Shown here piece by piece: positions 17,090 to 24,856 of a stretch of 64,000 nt of DNA. The notes under the pieces were generated by a model. The model was not told the origin of the DNA, did not search any database, and saw nothing but the letters and a program-made list of their open reading frames with translations. Origin of the DNA: Bacteroidota bacterium (GTDB taxonomy: Bacteria; Bacteroidota; Bacteroidia; Bacteroidales; JAHJDW01); contig JAHJDW010000032.1 in the NCBI GenBank assembly GCA_018812245.1, forward strand, positions 1,095 to 65,094. Direction: 5' to 3'. A program made the translations under genes and the position numbers. The first letter of the stretch is position 1; every line of letters starts with the position of its first letter.

Positions 17090-18880
17090 TCAAGCTATAG
17101 GTTTCACACATTCTCCCTTCCAAAAAGAATACCACTTTTCAAGTACAGCAAGTTTCCAGAGTCTCCATTGCTCATTATTATTGATCATCGCATCAATAGC
17201 CTCTCTGCGAATGATCTTGTCTTTTAGCAGAGCGGAATCTGCAAATACTCTCCGGTACCAATCCATCTGTCCGTAGAATGAATCAGGACCAACAAATCCC
17301 TGTTTTTTGCGATTCAACACAGCGTCAGGAATATTTCCATGCAAAATTTTCCGGAGCAATGGTTTGTGTTTATCTTTCGAGAAGTATGCTTGTACTGGCT
17401 TTCTGAACATAAACTCAATAAAAGTATGATCCAGAAATGGAACCCTGACCTCCAGACTGCTGGCCATGCTTGCACGATCAACCTTTGTGAGCACGAGTTC
17501 GCCCATAAATGATTTGATATCAAGCTGTTGGAATCTTTTTATGGGAGGAAGTGATGATTTGAAATTATCATCATAAAACAGATTCTCTGCCTTGTAGATA
17601 AATCTGTGATATTCAGGCTCAAATAGTTGTGTCAGGCTGCCAATATTGAATTTCCCGTTCGACATTGCATAGCTGTACGCGTTGACAGAAAAATCGGTCT
17701 TTTGTCGCTTCAGATAACCCCTAATACCAATAGGTTTGAAGAAATCAGGTTTATACCAGTCGTACCCGGCAAAGATTTCGTCGCTGCCCTCCCCGCTCAG
17801 GACCGCTTTTACTTTACCAGCAGCGAAACGGCTTACTTGCCGGGTTGGAATGATTGAAATATCGGCAATCGGCTCATCATAATGGTACATCAAACTTTCG
17901 AGCAAATCAACTCCTTCGTCCCTGATCATCAGTTCATTGCACTTGATTCCAAGCGATTTTGCTACACTTTGGGCTGCATGATGCTCGCTTTTCTCCCAGC
18001 CTTCAAAACCGATGGTAAACGCTTCAGTTTCAGGCTGGACTTTTGCCATCATTAAAGCAAGGGTGGAACTGTCGTAGCCCCCGCTCAGAAATAATCCAAC
18101 AGGCACATCAGCCATCAGGTGACTTTTCACCGATTCTTCAAGCCTTGATTTCACTTCTTCCTCAAAATCCTTTTGATTGAAGCCAACATTACAATCCTCG
18201 TATTCAGGTAGTTCCCAGTATTTTTCAAATTCAACATCTCCATTCAGACGATAGAGTAGAAAATGAGCTGGGGGAATTTTCAACACATTCTTCCAGGCGG
18301 AACCCGGACTCGGAACAAAACGATATTGCAAAAAGCGGGCTAACGCTGCCCAATTGAATTCCGGATTGAAACCCGGGTATTTCAGTATGCCCTTTATCTC
18401 AGATGCAAACAGAAAAGAGTTCTTTGCCTCGCCTACGTACAAAGGTTTAATTCCAAAACGGTCGCGTGCCAAAAACAACTGTTTCTTATGATTGTCGTAG
18501 ATACCAAATGCAAACATTCCATGCAAACGCTGTAGCACTGCAGTACCCCACTCCTCATACCCATGCAGAATTACTTCGTTATCAGAACCTGAAATGAAAG
18601 TGTGACCTTTTTGCTCCAATTCATGTCTCAGACTACGGTAATTATATATTTCGCCGTTACAGGTTAGAAAAACGCTGCCATTTTCATTCACAAAGGGTTG
18701 TTTTCCCTTTTCCGAAAGGTCCATGAATGCGAGACGGCGGTGCCCAAGTGCTACGGTGTCGTGTTCCAGAAAAGTACTTCCCTCCCCATCAGGACCACGG
18801 TGAACCATTGTGTCGCGCATGGCATTAAATATCCTTTTCTCAATTGGACTTTCGCCCCAATATCCAATAATACCGCACAT
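17090..18880 (-). CDS. asparagine synthase (glutamine-hydrolysing) family amidotransferase
   Basis: The N-terminal nucleophile motif is MCGIIGYWG. It also has GHRRLAFMDLS, the PP-loop-like FLSGGYDSS and EVRVPFLDH. It sits directly next to a GT2 glycosyltransferase gene. Confidence 0.85.
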   Translation of the reverse strand: MCGIIGYWGESPIEKRIFNAMRDTMVHRGPDGEGSTFLEHDTVALGHRRLAFMDLSEKGKQPFVNENGSVFLTCNGEIYNYRSLRHELEQKGHTFISGSDNEVILHGYEEWGTAVLQRLHGMFAFGIYDNHKKQLFLARDRFGIKPLYVGEAKNSFLFASEIKGILKYPGFNPEFNWAALARFLQYRFVPSPGSAWKNVLKIPPAHFLLYRLNGDVEFEKYWELPEYEDCNVGFNQKDFEEEVKSRLEESVKSHLMADVPVGLFLSGGYDSSTLALMMAKVQPETEAFTIGFEGWEKSEHHAAQSVAKSLGIKCNELMIRDEGVDLLESLMYHYDEPIADISIIPTRQVSRFAAGKVKAVLSGEGSDEIFAGYDWYKPDFFKPIGIRGYLKRQKTDFSVNAYSYAMSNGKFNIGSLTQLFEPEYHRFIYKAENLFYDDNFKSSLPPIKRFQQLDIKSFMGELVLTKVDRASMASSLEVRVPFLDHTFIEFMFRKPVQAYFSKDKHKPLLRKILHGNIPDAVLNRKKQGFVGPDSFYGQMDWYRRVFADSALLKDKIIRREAIDAMINNNEQWRLWKLAVLEKWYSFWKGECVKPIA

Positions 18881-18881
18881 T

Positions 18882-19859
18882 TTAGTGTTTTTTCATCAGA
18901 TAAAAAGTTTCAAATAAAGAATTCAGCATTTGATGCCACAAGAACTTCCTGAGAGTGGCAGCTTTGCGAAAAAAGGATAACGACTGCACCTTAGGATTAT
19001 GCAAAATTTGCCTGTACTCGTTTGCAATCGTCTTATGGATATGAATTTTCAATTTCCCATAGTAGCGATTTCTCCGGATAATCTTTAGCATTGCAATGTT
19101 GGTATGCTTGAACGGATTTTCATCCACTTTTTTGCTCAACCCCTGCGGATGATCGCGATAAACCGACCATACTTCATTAAAATAGCAAAACTTACTATCC
19201 TGAATCAAAATCAGTTGCAACGCCCAACTGATCGAAAGCCCGAATGTTGAAAAATCCATGAAAAATGACTCCAGATTCTTATACCTGAACACGAGCGATG
19301 CGGTAGGAATGATATTTCGTTGCAATAAATCCCAGGGAAAAAATTCTGGTCTGTAGTGGTTAAACTGACTATACTGGTTATACCACTTATACGACTGTCG
19401 TACAATTTGTTGCGAATTTTCCGAATCACCGGAGGTGCAAACAATTTCCGCATCGTGAAAACAACCTGCATAGTCAGGATTTTCTTCCAGAAATCGAATC
19501 TGCCGATCCAACTTTTCAGGAAAAGTCCAGTAATCATCGCCATCAAGCCAGGTAACATATTTTCCCTTGCAGGCTCTGAAAATGTTCATAGCGGTCTGGT
19601 TTGGTCCTACCCGCTCCTCCGGTCTGATCAGTTGAATAATTTCAGGATATTTCGCCACATATTCATCCACAATATCCGAAGTGCCATCATCCGATGCATC
19701 GTCATGGATAATGACATGGAAGTGGTATTCCGTTTTTTGTTCAAAAACAGAGTTTACACAAACACGGATAAAATCCTTGTGATTGCATGTTGCAATTCCA
19801 ATCGAAAGTACAGGTTGCTCTTTATTCATATTGAAATTTGAACAATTAAAAGGCGACAT
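18882..19859 (-). CDS. family 2 glycosyltransferase
   Basis: LSIGIATCNHKDFIRVCVNSVFEQ...HVIIHDDASDDGTSDIV...WLDGDDYW (GT-A DxD context). The alternative ATG at 19829 (MNKEQPVLSIG) would remove the 14-nt overlap with dapD. Confidence 0.8.
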   Translation of the reverse strand: MSPFNCSNFNMNKEQPVLSIGIATCNHKDFIRVCVNSVFEQKTEYHFHVIIHDDASDDGTSDIVDEYVAKYPEIIQLIRPEERVGPNQTAMNIFRACKGKYVTWLDGDDYWTFPEKLDRQIRFLEENPDYAGCFHDAEIVCTSGDSENSQQIVRQSYKWYNQYSQFNHYRPEFFPWDLLQRNIIPTASLVFRYKNLESFFMDFSTFGLSISWALQLILIQDSKFCYFNEVWSVYRDHPQGLSKKVDENPFKHTNIAMLKIIRRNRYYGKLKIHIHKTIANEYRQILHNPKVQSLSFFRKAATLRKFLWHQMLNSLFETFYLMKKH

Positions 19860-20658
19860 TGTGTGTCCTCAGTGCCTCATTCAGTGAGGTTTTCCGGTCG
19901 GTGCTTTCGTTTCTTTTCCCGATTATCAATGCACAGGGCACATTGAAAGTGCCAGCCGCGAATGTTTTCGGGTAACTCCCGGGAATAACAACGGAAAAGG
20001 CCGGAACAAATCCTTTATATTCAACAGGTTCGGAATTCGTTACATCAATAATATGCGTACTCCCGGTGATAACCACATTGGCGCCCAATACAGCTTCCCG
20101 CTCGATGTGAGCACCTTCAACAATTATGCAGCGTGATCCGATAAAGCAATCGTCTTCAATGATCACGGGTGCAGCCTGAACGGGTTCGAGCACGCCGCCA
20201 ATTCCAACGCCCCCGCTCAGATGCACATTTTTCCCGATCTGTGCACACGAACCTACGGTCGCCCAGGTGTCAACCATAGTTCCGCTATCAATATATGCAC
20301 CAATATTGACGTACGATGGCATCATCACAACACCGGGAGCAATATAAGAGCCATACCGCGCAACGGCGTGCGGAACAACCCTGACACCAAGCGCTTTGTA
20401 ATCGGTTTTTAAAGTAATTCTATCGTAAAACTCGAGCACTCCGGCTTTACTGACTTCCATGCCGCAAATCGGGAAATACAGCAGCACTGCTTTCTTCACC
20501 CATTGGTTCAACTGCCACTTCCCATCCGCTTTTTCGGCAACGCGAAGTCTTCCTTTGTCAATTTCTTCTATCGTTTGGCGAATAGCATCCTGCACTGCAA
20601 TATCAGTCAACAATTCGCGGTTTTCATAAGCCTGATCTATAAGTTCGATGGTATTCAT
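19846..20658 (-). CDS. dapD: 2,3,4,5-tetrahydropyridine-2,6-dicarboxylate N-succinyltransferase
   Basis: The ATG at 20658 gives MNTIELIDQAYENRELL. The hexapeptide-repeat core MPSYVNIGAYIDSGTMVDTWATVGSCAQIGKNVHLSGGVGIGGVLEP matches DapD as I remember the Bacteroidota sequences. Confidence 0.9.
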   Translation of the reverse strand: MNTIELIDQAYENRELLTDIAVQDAIRQTIEEIDKGRLRVAEKADGKWQLNQWVKKAVLLYFPICGMEVSKAGVLEFYDRITLKTDYKALGVRVVPHAVARYGSYIAPGVVMMPSYVNIGAYIDSGTMVDTWATVGSCAQIGKNVHLSGGVGIGGVLEPVQAAPVIIEDDCFIGSRCIIVEGAHIEREAVLGANVVITGSTHIIDVTNSEPVEYKGFVPAFSVVIPGSYPKTFAAGTFNVPCALIIGKRNESTDRKTSLNEALRTHNVAF

Positions 20659-20719
20659 TTTCCTCAATAGTTTATTCCGGGATAAAGATAGGGATTGTTG
20701 ATGAAACGAAAGCGAAATA

Positions 20720-21028
20720 TTATAGAAAGCCGCTAACCGCAAGATAGCCAAATAACGCTGTGAAATACATTAGCAAAAGCAGGATCAGACCTGACAACAA
20801 TAGTATTTTCGGCTTTCCGGAAAGAAACTGTCTGTAAATGCAAAATAGTGAAATCGCGCTACCACAAAGCCCAAAAAACATCAGTAGGTTTCTGAAGCGG
20901 ACAACAGAAGTTTGGTTAATATCAGGGGCATCTGACTGAAAGCTGGTCATTGATATGTATATCATGCAAGCCACCATAACCGGAAACAGGGCAAAAGAAG
21001 CAATATTTAGCAATCTGTCAGTTCTCAT
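20720..21028 (-). CDS. small integral membrane protein (about 102 aa, three predicted TM segments)
   Basis: The ATG at 21028 gives MRTDRLLNIASFALFPVMVACMIYISM...LLMFFGLCGSAISLFCIY...LLLSGLILLLLMYFTALFGYLAV. Its start overlaps the stop of the upstream ORF by 11 nt. Confidence 0.55.
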   Translation of the reverse strand: MRTDRLLNIASFALFPVMVACMIYISMTSFQSDAPDINQTSVVRFRNLLMFFGLCGSAISLFCIYRQFLSGKPKILLLSGLILLLLMYFTALFGYLAVSGFL

Positions 21029-21713
21029 CCGGGTTATCGTTGATTGTGATATTGTCGTTACCTGAAGGTTTTGCAATTGATTCCGATGCAATAGCAGTTG
21101 GTTCGAAACCTCTGCCCATCGGATCAAAGAAGCCCTGCATTCGCAAATTGGCTGAATTTACCGCCTCTTCAACCGTATATCCTGCTAACCACCGCCTGAG
21201 GAAATAAACGTAGAACACCGGTGATGCGCTATGCGCACCCGGATGAGCAACGTAAGAGTCGGCACCCAGATTCAGCCATTCGTCGGCTTGTCGGAAGCTA
21301 TTACACCCGGAATTATAGACCATGCGAATCTTTTGCCGACAATCTTCTGGCAAATTGCTCACTGTATTAACATAGTAATTTCCATGTGCAAGCAGGAATA
21401 CATCAACCTGATCGTAGTTTTGGGTCAAAATAAGGAGGCTGTCGTAGATCTGCCGGCTGTTATCGTCTGAAAACGACGTTACATAACACGAGTGGTCATA
21501 TTTTTTTTCGAGGTTTAGTTTTGTAAACAACATTGTTCCCATCTTCTGAAATGGAATCACATTGTCGCGAATGGCAAATGCGGCAATACTCGTCTTATTC
21601 TTGCTATGCGCACATTGAAGAAACGGTCGGTCGGTCAGTCCGAAAACCAGCATCGCACAATAAACGGCAACCGCCAAGGTTTTCATAATAGCCCGGATTT
21701 TTTTCATTCCCAT
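21018..21713 (-). CDS. hypothetical secreted protein with a clan-CD-like His-Gly / Cys arrangement
   Basis: Signal-like MGMKKIRAIMKTLAVAVYCAMLVFG. A hydrophobic strand plus HG (VDVFLLAHGNYY) is followed 27 residues later by a hydrophobic strand plus Cys (IRMVYNSGCNSF), then LGADSYVAHPG. Confidence 0.5.
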   Translation of the reverse strand: MGMKKIRAIMKTLAVAVYCAMLVFGLTDRPFLQCAHSKNKTSIAAFAIRDNVIPFQKMGTMLFTKLNLEKKYDHSCYVTSFSDDNSRQIYDSLLILTQNYDQVDVFLLAHGNYYVNTVSNLPEDCRQKIRMVYNSGCNSFRQADEWLNLGADSYVAHPGAHSASPVFYVYFLRRWLAGYTVEEAVNSANLRMQGFFDPMGRGFEPTAIASESIAKPSGNDNITINDNPDEN

Positions 21714-21724
21714 TGTACTTGCAG

Positions 21725-22339
21725 TCAATCCAGAGGTTTCCTTTCTACTTCTCCACCACTTTTATTATAGCTGACCCTATAATTCACTTCGCTTTCAGTC
21801 AAACGATTGATGAAATAAACGTATTTTACCTTCGGTATTGTCGTGTTTTCCCAATACTCAAATTGTTCTTTGTGATATGGGCAATAATCAACCGTCAGAT
21901 TATCCTTTTCGCTGACCGAGCACCCCATGTATAGGATTCTCTCTTTCAGCACATCATTTTTGAAAATAAAAAGTGTAAAGTTTGGGGCTGATACTGTTAA
22001 TCCGGTGACTTCGCACTTCATTGTATCATTGAATATTGAATAAACTTCTGCTCTTAATTCTGAAGGACTTGAAATTAGTTCTATCCTGTACAACTGATTT
22101 TCGGAATAAAAGAGCGCAATGTGTTTTGTATTCTCTGCCGGAGTACTGATCGGCTTCAGCGTTTTCGTCCACTTTGTTAATTCCGCTTTTGAGTAAATTA
22201 TCTCCGGAAAATCAGCAAATTCATAGTATTTCTTTTGAATATCGTTGACCACAACCTCCTCCTGAGCCATAACACTCAAATAACAAGAGTTCACCAATTG
22301 TATGATAATCAGTAATATTATTGTTCTGGGTGGTTTCAT
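21725..22339 (-). CDS. hypothetical secreted protein
   Basis: The ATG at 22339 gives MKPPRTIILLIIIQLVNSCYLSVMAQ. Its stop is 12 nt upstream of the likely ATG (21713) of the next ORF, and overlaps that ORF's tracked TTG start (21728) by 4 nt. No motif recognised. Confidence 0.5.
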   Translation of the reverse strand: MKPPRTIILLIIIQLVNSCYLSVMAQEEVVVNDIQKKYYEFADFPEIIYSKAELTKWTKTLKPISTPAENTKHIALFYSENQLYRIELISSPSELRAEVYSIFNDTMKCEVTGLTVSAPNFTLFIFKNDVLKERILYMGCSVSEKDNLTVDYCPYHKEQFEYWENTTIPKVKYVYFINRLTESEVNYRVSYNKSGGEVERKPLD

Positions 22340-22401
22340 ACATTCTGTCAAATCTCACTGACAAAAATATGTTTTTTTTCTATCAGATATGTATAATTCC
22401 T

Positions 22402-22409
22402 TATCTTTG
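22402..22409 (+). promoter_or_regulatory. candidate -7 box TATCTTTG upstream of ORF 22427
   Basis: Exact TAnnTTTG match 18 nt upstream of the ATG. Confidence 0.4.
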
Positions 22410-22426
22410 AAAAAAGGTACAATACT

Positions 22427-23311
22427 ATGCGATACATTCTCATCCTTCTTCTGTGTGCAATGCAATGTGCAAGCATTCAGGCACAACAACAAGACAGCAC
22501 TATTTCAGATACGGCAATGGTTACAATAATTGCCACAGGTGCGAAGACCACTTTCGTCGGACAGATTTCGTGGGAAGATGACCGGGAGGTATGCATAAAT
22601 ACGCTTGAAGGTGAAAAAGTTATTATCCCAAAATATTCTATCACATCAAGAGAAACGATGACGCACAAGGAGTATTTTGCATCGTTGAGAAAGCAATTGC
22701 GCAACAATCAGATTATCACTTTGCCAGGTCTGTCAACTCTAAAAAGAGGGCAATCAACCCTTGATATTCTTGAGTTATCATCAGTTCATTATGAATATGG
22801 AACAACTGACAAACTATCACTGGGGGTCACTGATATTGGTATATTTGCGGGCATATTTGGAAGTTTAAAATACAGGGTAAAGATTAGCGAAGGAGCAAAC
22901 CTTTTGTGTATTGCGCGAGTCGGCACATCAGTATTAAACCTTGTTGGTGCAATTACAGGCGATGCTTTTCCATTTTTCGCATACCCGGGCGTTTACGTCT
23001 CTGCAGGTCGAAACAGTACATTTATTACTGCAGGAGGAGGTGTTATGGTATGGGGTCCCCAATTGCCCGTTGCAGTCTTGAATGTCGGAGGACAAGTAAG
23101 ACTGAACAATTCAATTGTACTATGTGTTGAGTCCTATGGCGTGAGAATAGACGATGATCAATGGGGAGGAGCATTGATGCCAGGAATCAAATGGATTAGC
23201 AAAAAATGGCATCTTGAGATAGGGATTCCCGTCGCTGTTGAAATCTGGAATGCTGAAATTTCACCTTTTGCAGCTTTCCCTCTGGTCGGAGTTGGTTTTA
23301 ATGTAAAATAG
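22427..23311 (+). CDS. hypothetical secreted, possibly outer-membrane, protein
   Basis: Signal peptide MRYILILLLCAMQCASIQAQ. The C-terminal two thirds is Gly/Val/Ala-rich with alternating hydrophobic residues, consistent with beta strands. No named motif. Confidence 0.5.
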   Translation: MRYILILLLCAMQCASIQAQQQDSTISDTAMVTIIATGAKTTFVGQISWEDDREVCINTLEGEKVIIPKYSITSRETMTHKEYFASLRKQLRNNQIITLPGLSTLKRGQSTLDILELSSVHYEYGTTDKLSLGVTDIGIFAGIFGSLKYRVKISEGANLLCIARVGTSVLNLVGAITGDAFPFFAYPGVYVSAGRNSTFITAGGGVMVWGPQLPVAVLNVGGQVRLNNSIVLCVESYGVRIDDDQWGGALMPGIKWISKKWHLEIGIPVAVEIWNAEISPFAAFPLVGVGFNVK

Positions 23312-23333
23312 CACTCATCAGGGAATGTATTTT

Positions 23334-23364
23334 TGTGTAAAATAAGTTATTTTCATTTTGCACA
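23334..23364. promoter_or_regulatory. 31-bp imperfect palindrome TGTGTAAAAT-N11-ATTTTGCACA
   Basis: The arms match at 9 of 10 positions. It overlaps a TATTTTTG (TAnnTTTG) box at 23328-23335 and lies 67-97 bp upstream of the DnaQ/GIY-YIG gene. Confidence 0.45.
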
Positions 23365-23430
23365 TTTCCATCACAAATCCGTATCTTGGCATCTGTAATT
23401 TCAGGTTGATTTTGGAGGAGAATCGAAGCA

Positions 23431-24795
23431 ATGTATGCCATCATAGATGTTGAGACAACAGGGGGAAGTCAGCTTAGGACTAAGATTACAGAGTTATCTA
23501 TCGTAATATTTGACGGTGAAAAGGTAGTTGATACTTTCAACACATTGTTGGACCCGGAGTGTCTGATTCCGCCATTTATCAGCCGGCTGACAGGAATCAC
23601 CAACGCAATGGTGGCAGGGCAACCAAAATTCTTTGAAGTTGCGCGGAAAATAGTCGAAATTACAGACAACAGGATTTTCGTGGCACACAATGCCCAGTTT
23701 GACTATTCGGTCATCAGGCAGGAATTCAAAAATCTGGGCTACAACTTCGTCAGGAAAACCTTGTGTACCATACGACTTGCGAGAAAAGTACTTCCTGGTA
23801 GAAAATCGTACAGCCTCGGTAACATTTGCAAGGAGCTTGAAATTGAGCACAACAACCAGCACCGCGCTTATGGCGATACTGAGGCTACGCTGAAACTTTT
23901 CAAGCTACTGCTGGACCTCCGGCCGGATGTCGGACTTTTTGAGGACATATCAACACGTTCGGGCGGAATGCAGCTTCAAAAATGTTTCGACCGCGAAAAC
24001 CTCCGGAAAATCCCTGAAGCAACAGGAATCTATTACTTCCTGAACGAAAGTGGTGATGTGATATATGTCGGAAAAAGCAAAAATATCCGCAGGCGGGTAA
24101 TGAGCCATGCGCGAGCAGGAATAACCGCCCGCAAAGATGAAATGCTGTACCGTACGCACTCCATTTCGTACGAGATTATGGGAAGCGAGCTTGTTGCTTT
24201 TTTGATTGAAAGTGAGAAGATAAAAACACTGCGACCACTGTTTAACCGCGCACAACGGCGCATTTCGCACAACATTGGTTTGTATGCCGAAAAAACAGAC
24301 AAAGGTTATGGGCGATTGATTATCAAGGCGATAGACAAACAGTTGCCGCTCACCACATTTTCATCGCGTGCTGAGTCGAAACGCCTGCTGTACGCGCTGG
24401 CTGCCGAATTCGAACTTTGCCATTCGCTCTGCAATTTATATCAGTCAGCCGGACCATGCTTCCAATATCAGATCGGAGAATGCAAAGGCGCATGTGCGGG
24501 CGCGGAAAAACCGGCTGACTACAACAAACGTTTGCGGGCAGCTATCGAAAAGATCAGATTCGGCAACAAGAGTTTTTTCATTATCGAAAAAGGTCGTGTT
24601 CCGGGCGAAACAGCAGTTGTGCAGGTGCAAAACGGCAAATATATTGGCTTTGGGTTTACTTTCGATACGATTGCACCCACCTCCAGCGACCTTCTGTCCG
24701 GCTACATACAACCCTATTCCGACAACCGCGACGTAAGACTTATCCTCCAATCATACATCCGCAAGCCGGATAGGACCAATGTGGTGTATTATTAG
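23431..24795 (+). CDS. DnaQ-like 3'-5' exonuclease fused to a GIY-YIG (UvrC/Cho-like) nuclease domain
   Basis: Exo I motif at the N-terminus (YAIIDVETTGG), FVAHNAQFDYSV (Exo II) and HRAYGDTEAT (Exo III). The GIY-YIG block GIYYFLNESGDVIYVGKSKNIRRRVMSH follows. Confidence 0.85.
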   Translation: MYAIIDVETTGGSQLRTKITELSIVIFDGEKVVDTFNTLLDPECLIPPFISRLTGITNAMVAGQPKFFEVARKIVEITDNRIFVAHNAQFDYSVIRQEFKNLGYNFVRKTLCTIRLARKVLPGRKSYSLGNICKELEIEHNNQHRAYGDTEATLKLFKLLLDLRPDVGLFEDISTRSGGMQLQKCFDRENLRKIPEATGIYYFLNESGDVIYVGKSKNIRRRVMSHARAGITARKDEMLYRTHSISYEIMGSELVAFLIESEKIKTLRPLFNRAQRRISHNIGLYAEKTDKGYGRLIIKAIDKQLPLTTFSSRAESKRLLYALAAEFELCHSLCNLYQSAGPCFQYQIGECKGACAGAEKPADYNKRLRAAIEKIRFGNKSFFIIEKGRVPGETAVVQVQNGKYIGFGFTFDTIAPTSSDLLSGYIQPYSDNRDVRLILQSYIRKPDRTNVVYY

Positions 24796-24856
24796 GTCAC
24801 CCGCTCCCCCACTGCTTATGGAAATTTTGTAATTTTGCTGTTATGAACCTTCTGTT

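Noticed and set aside
17090-18880. The AsnB-like enzyme together with the Cys-rich C-terminus of ORF 15823-16383 suggested a lasso-peptide or RiPP cluster.
   Set aside because: The enzyme keeps the N-terminal Cys nucleophile (MCGIIG) and full length of true glutamine amidotransferases. There is no small precursor ORF, leader peptidase or radical-SAM gene. The Cys-rich sequence is the tail of a 186-aa lipoprotein.
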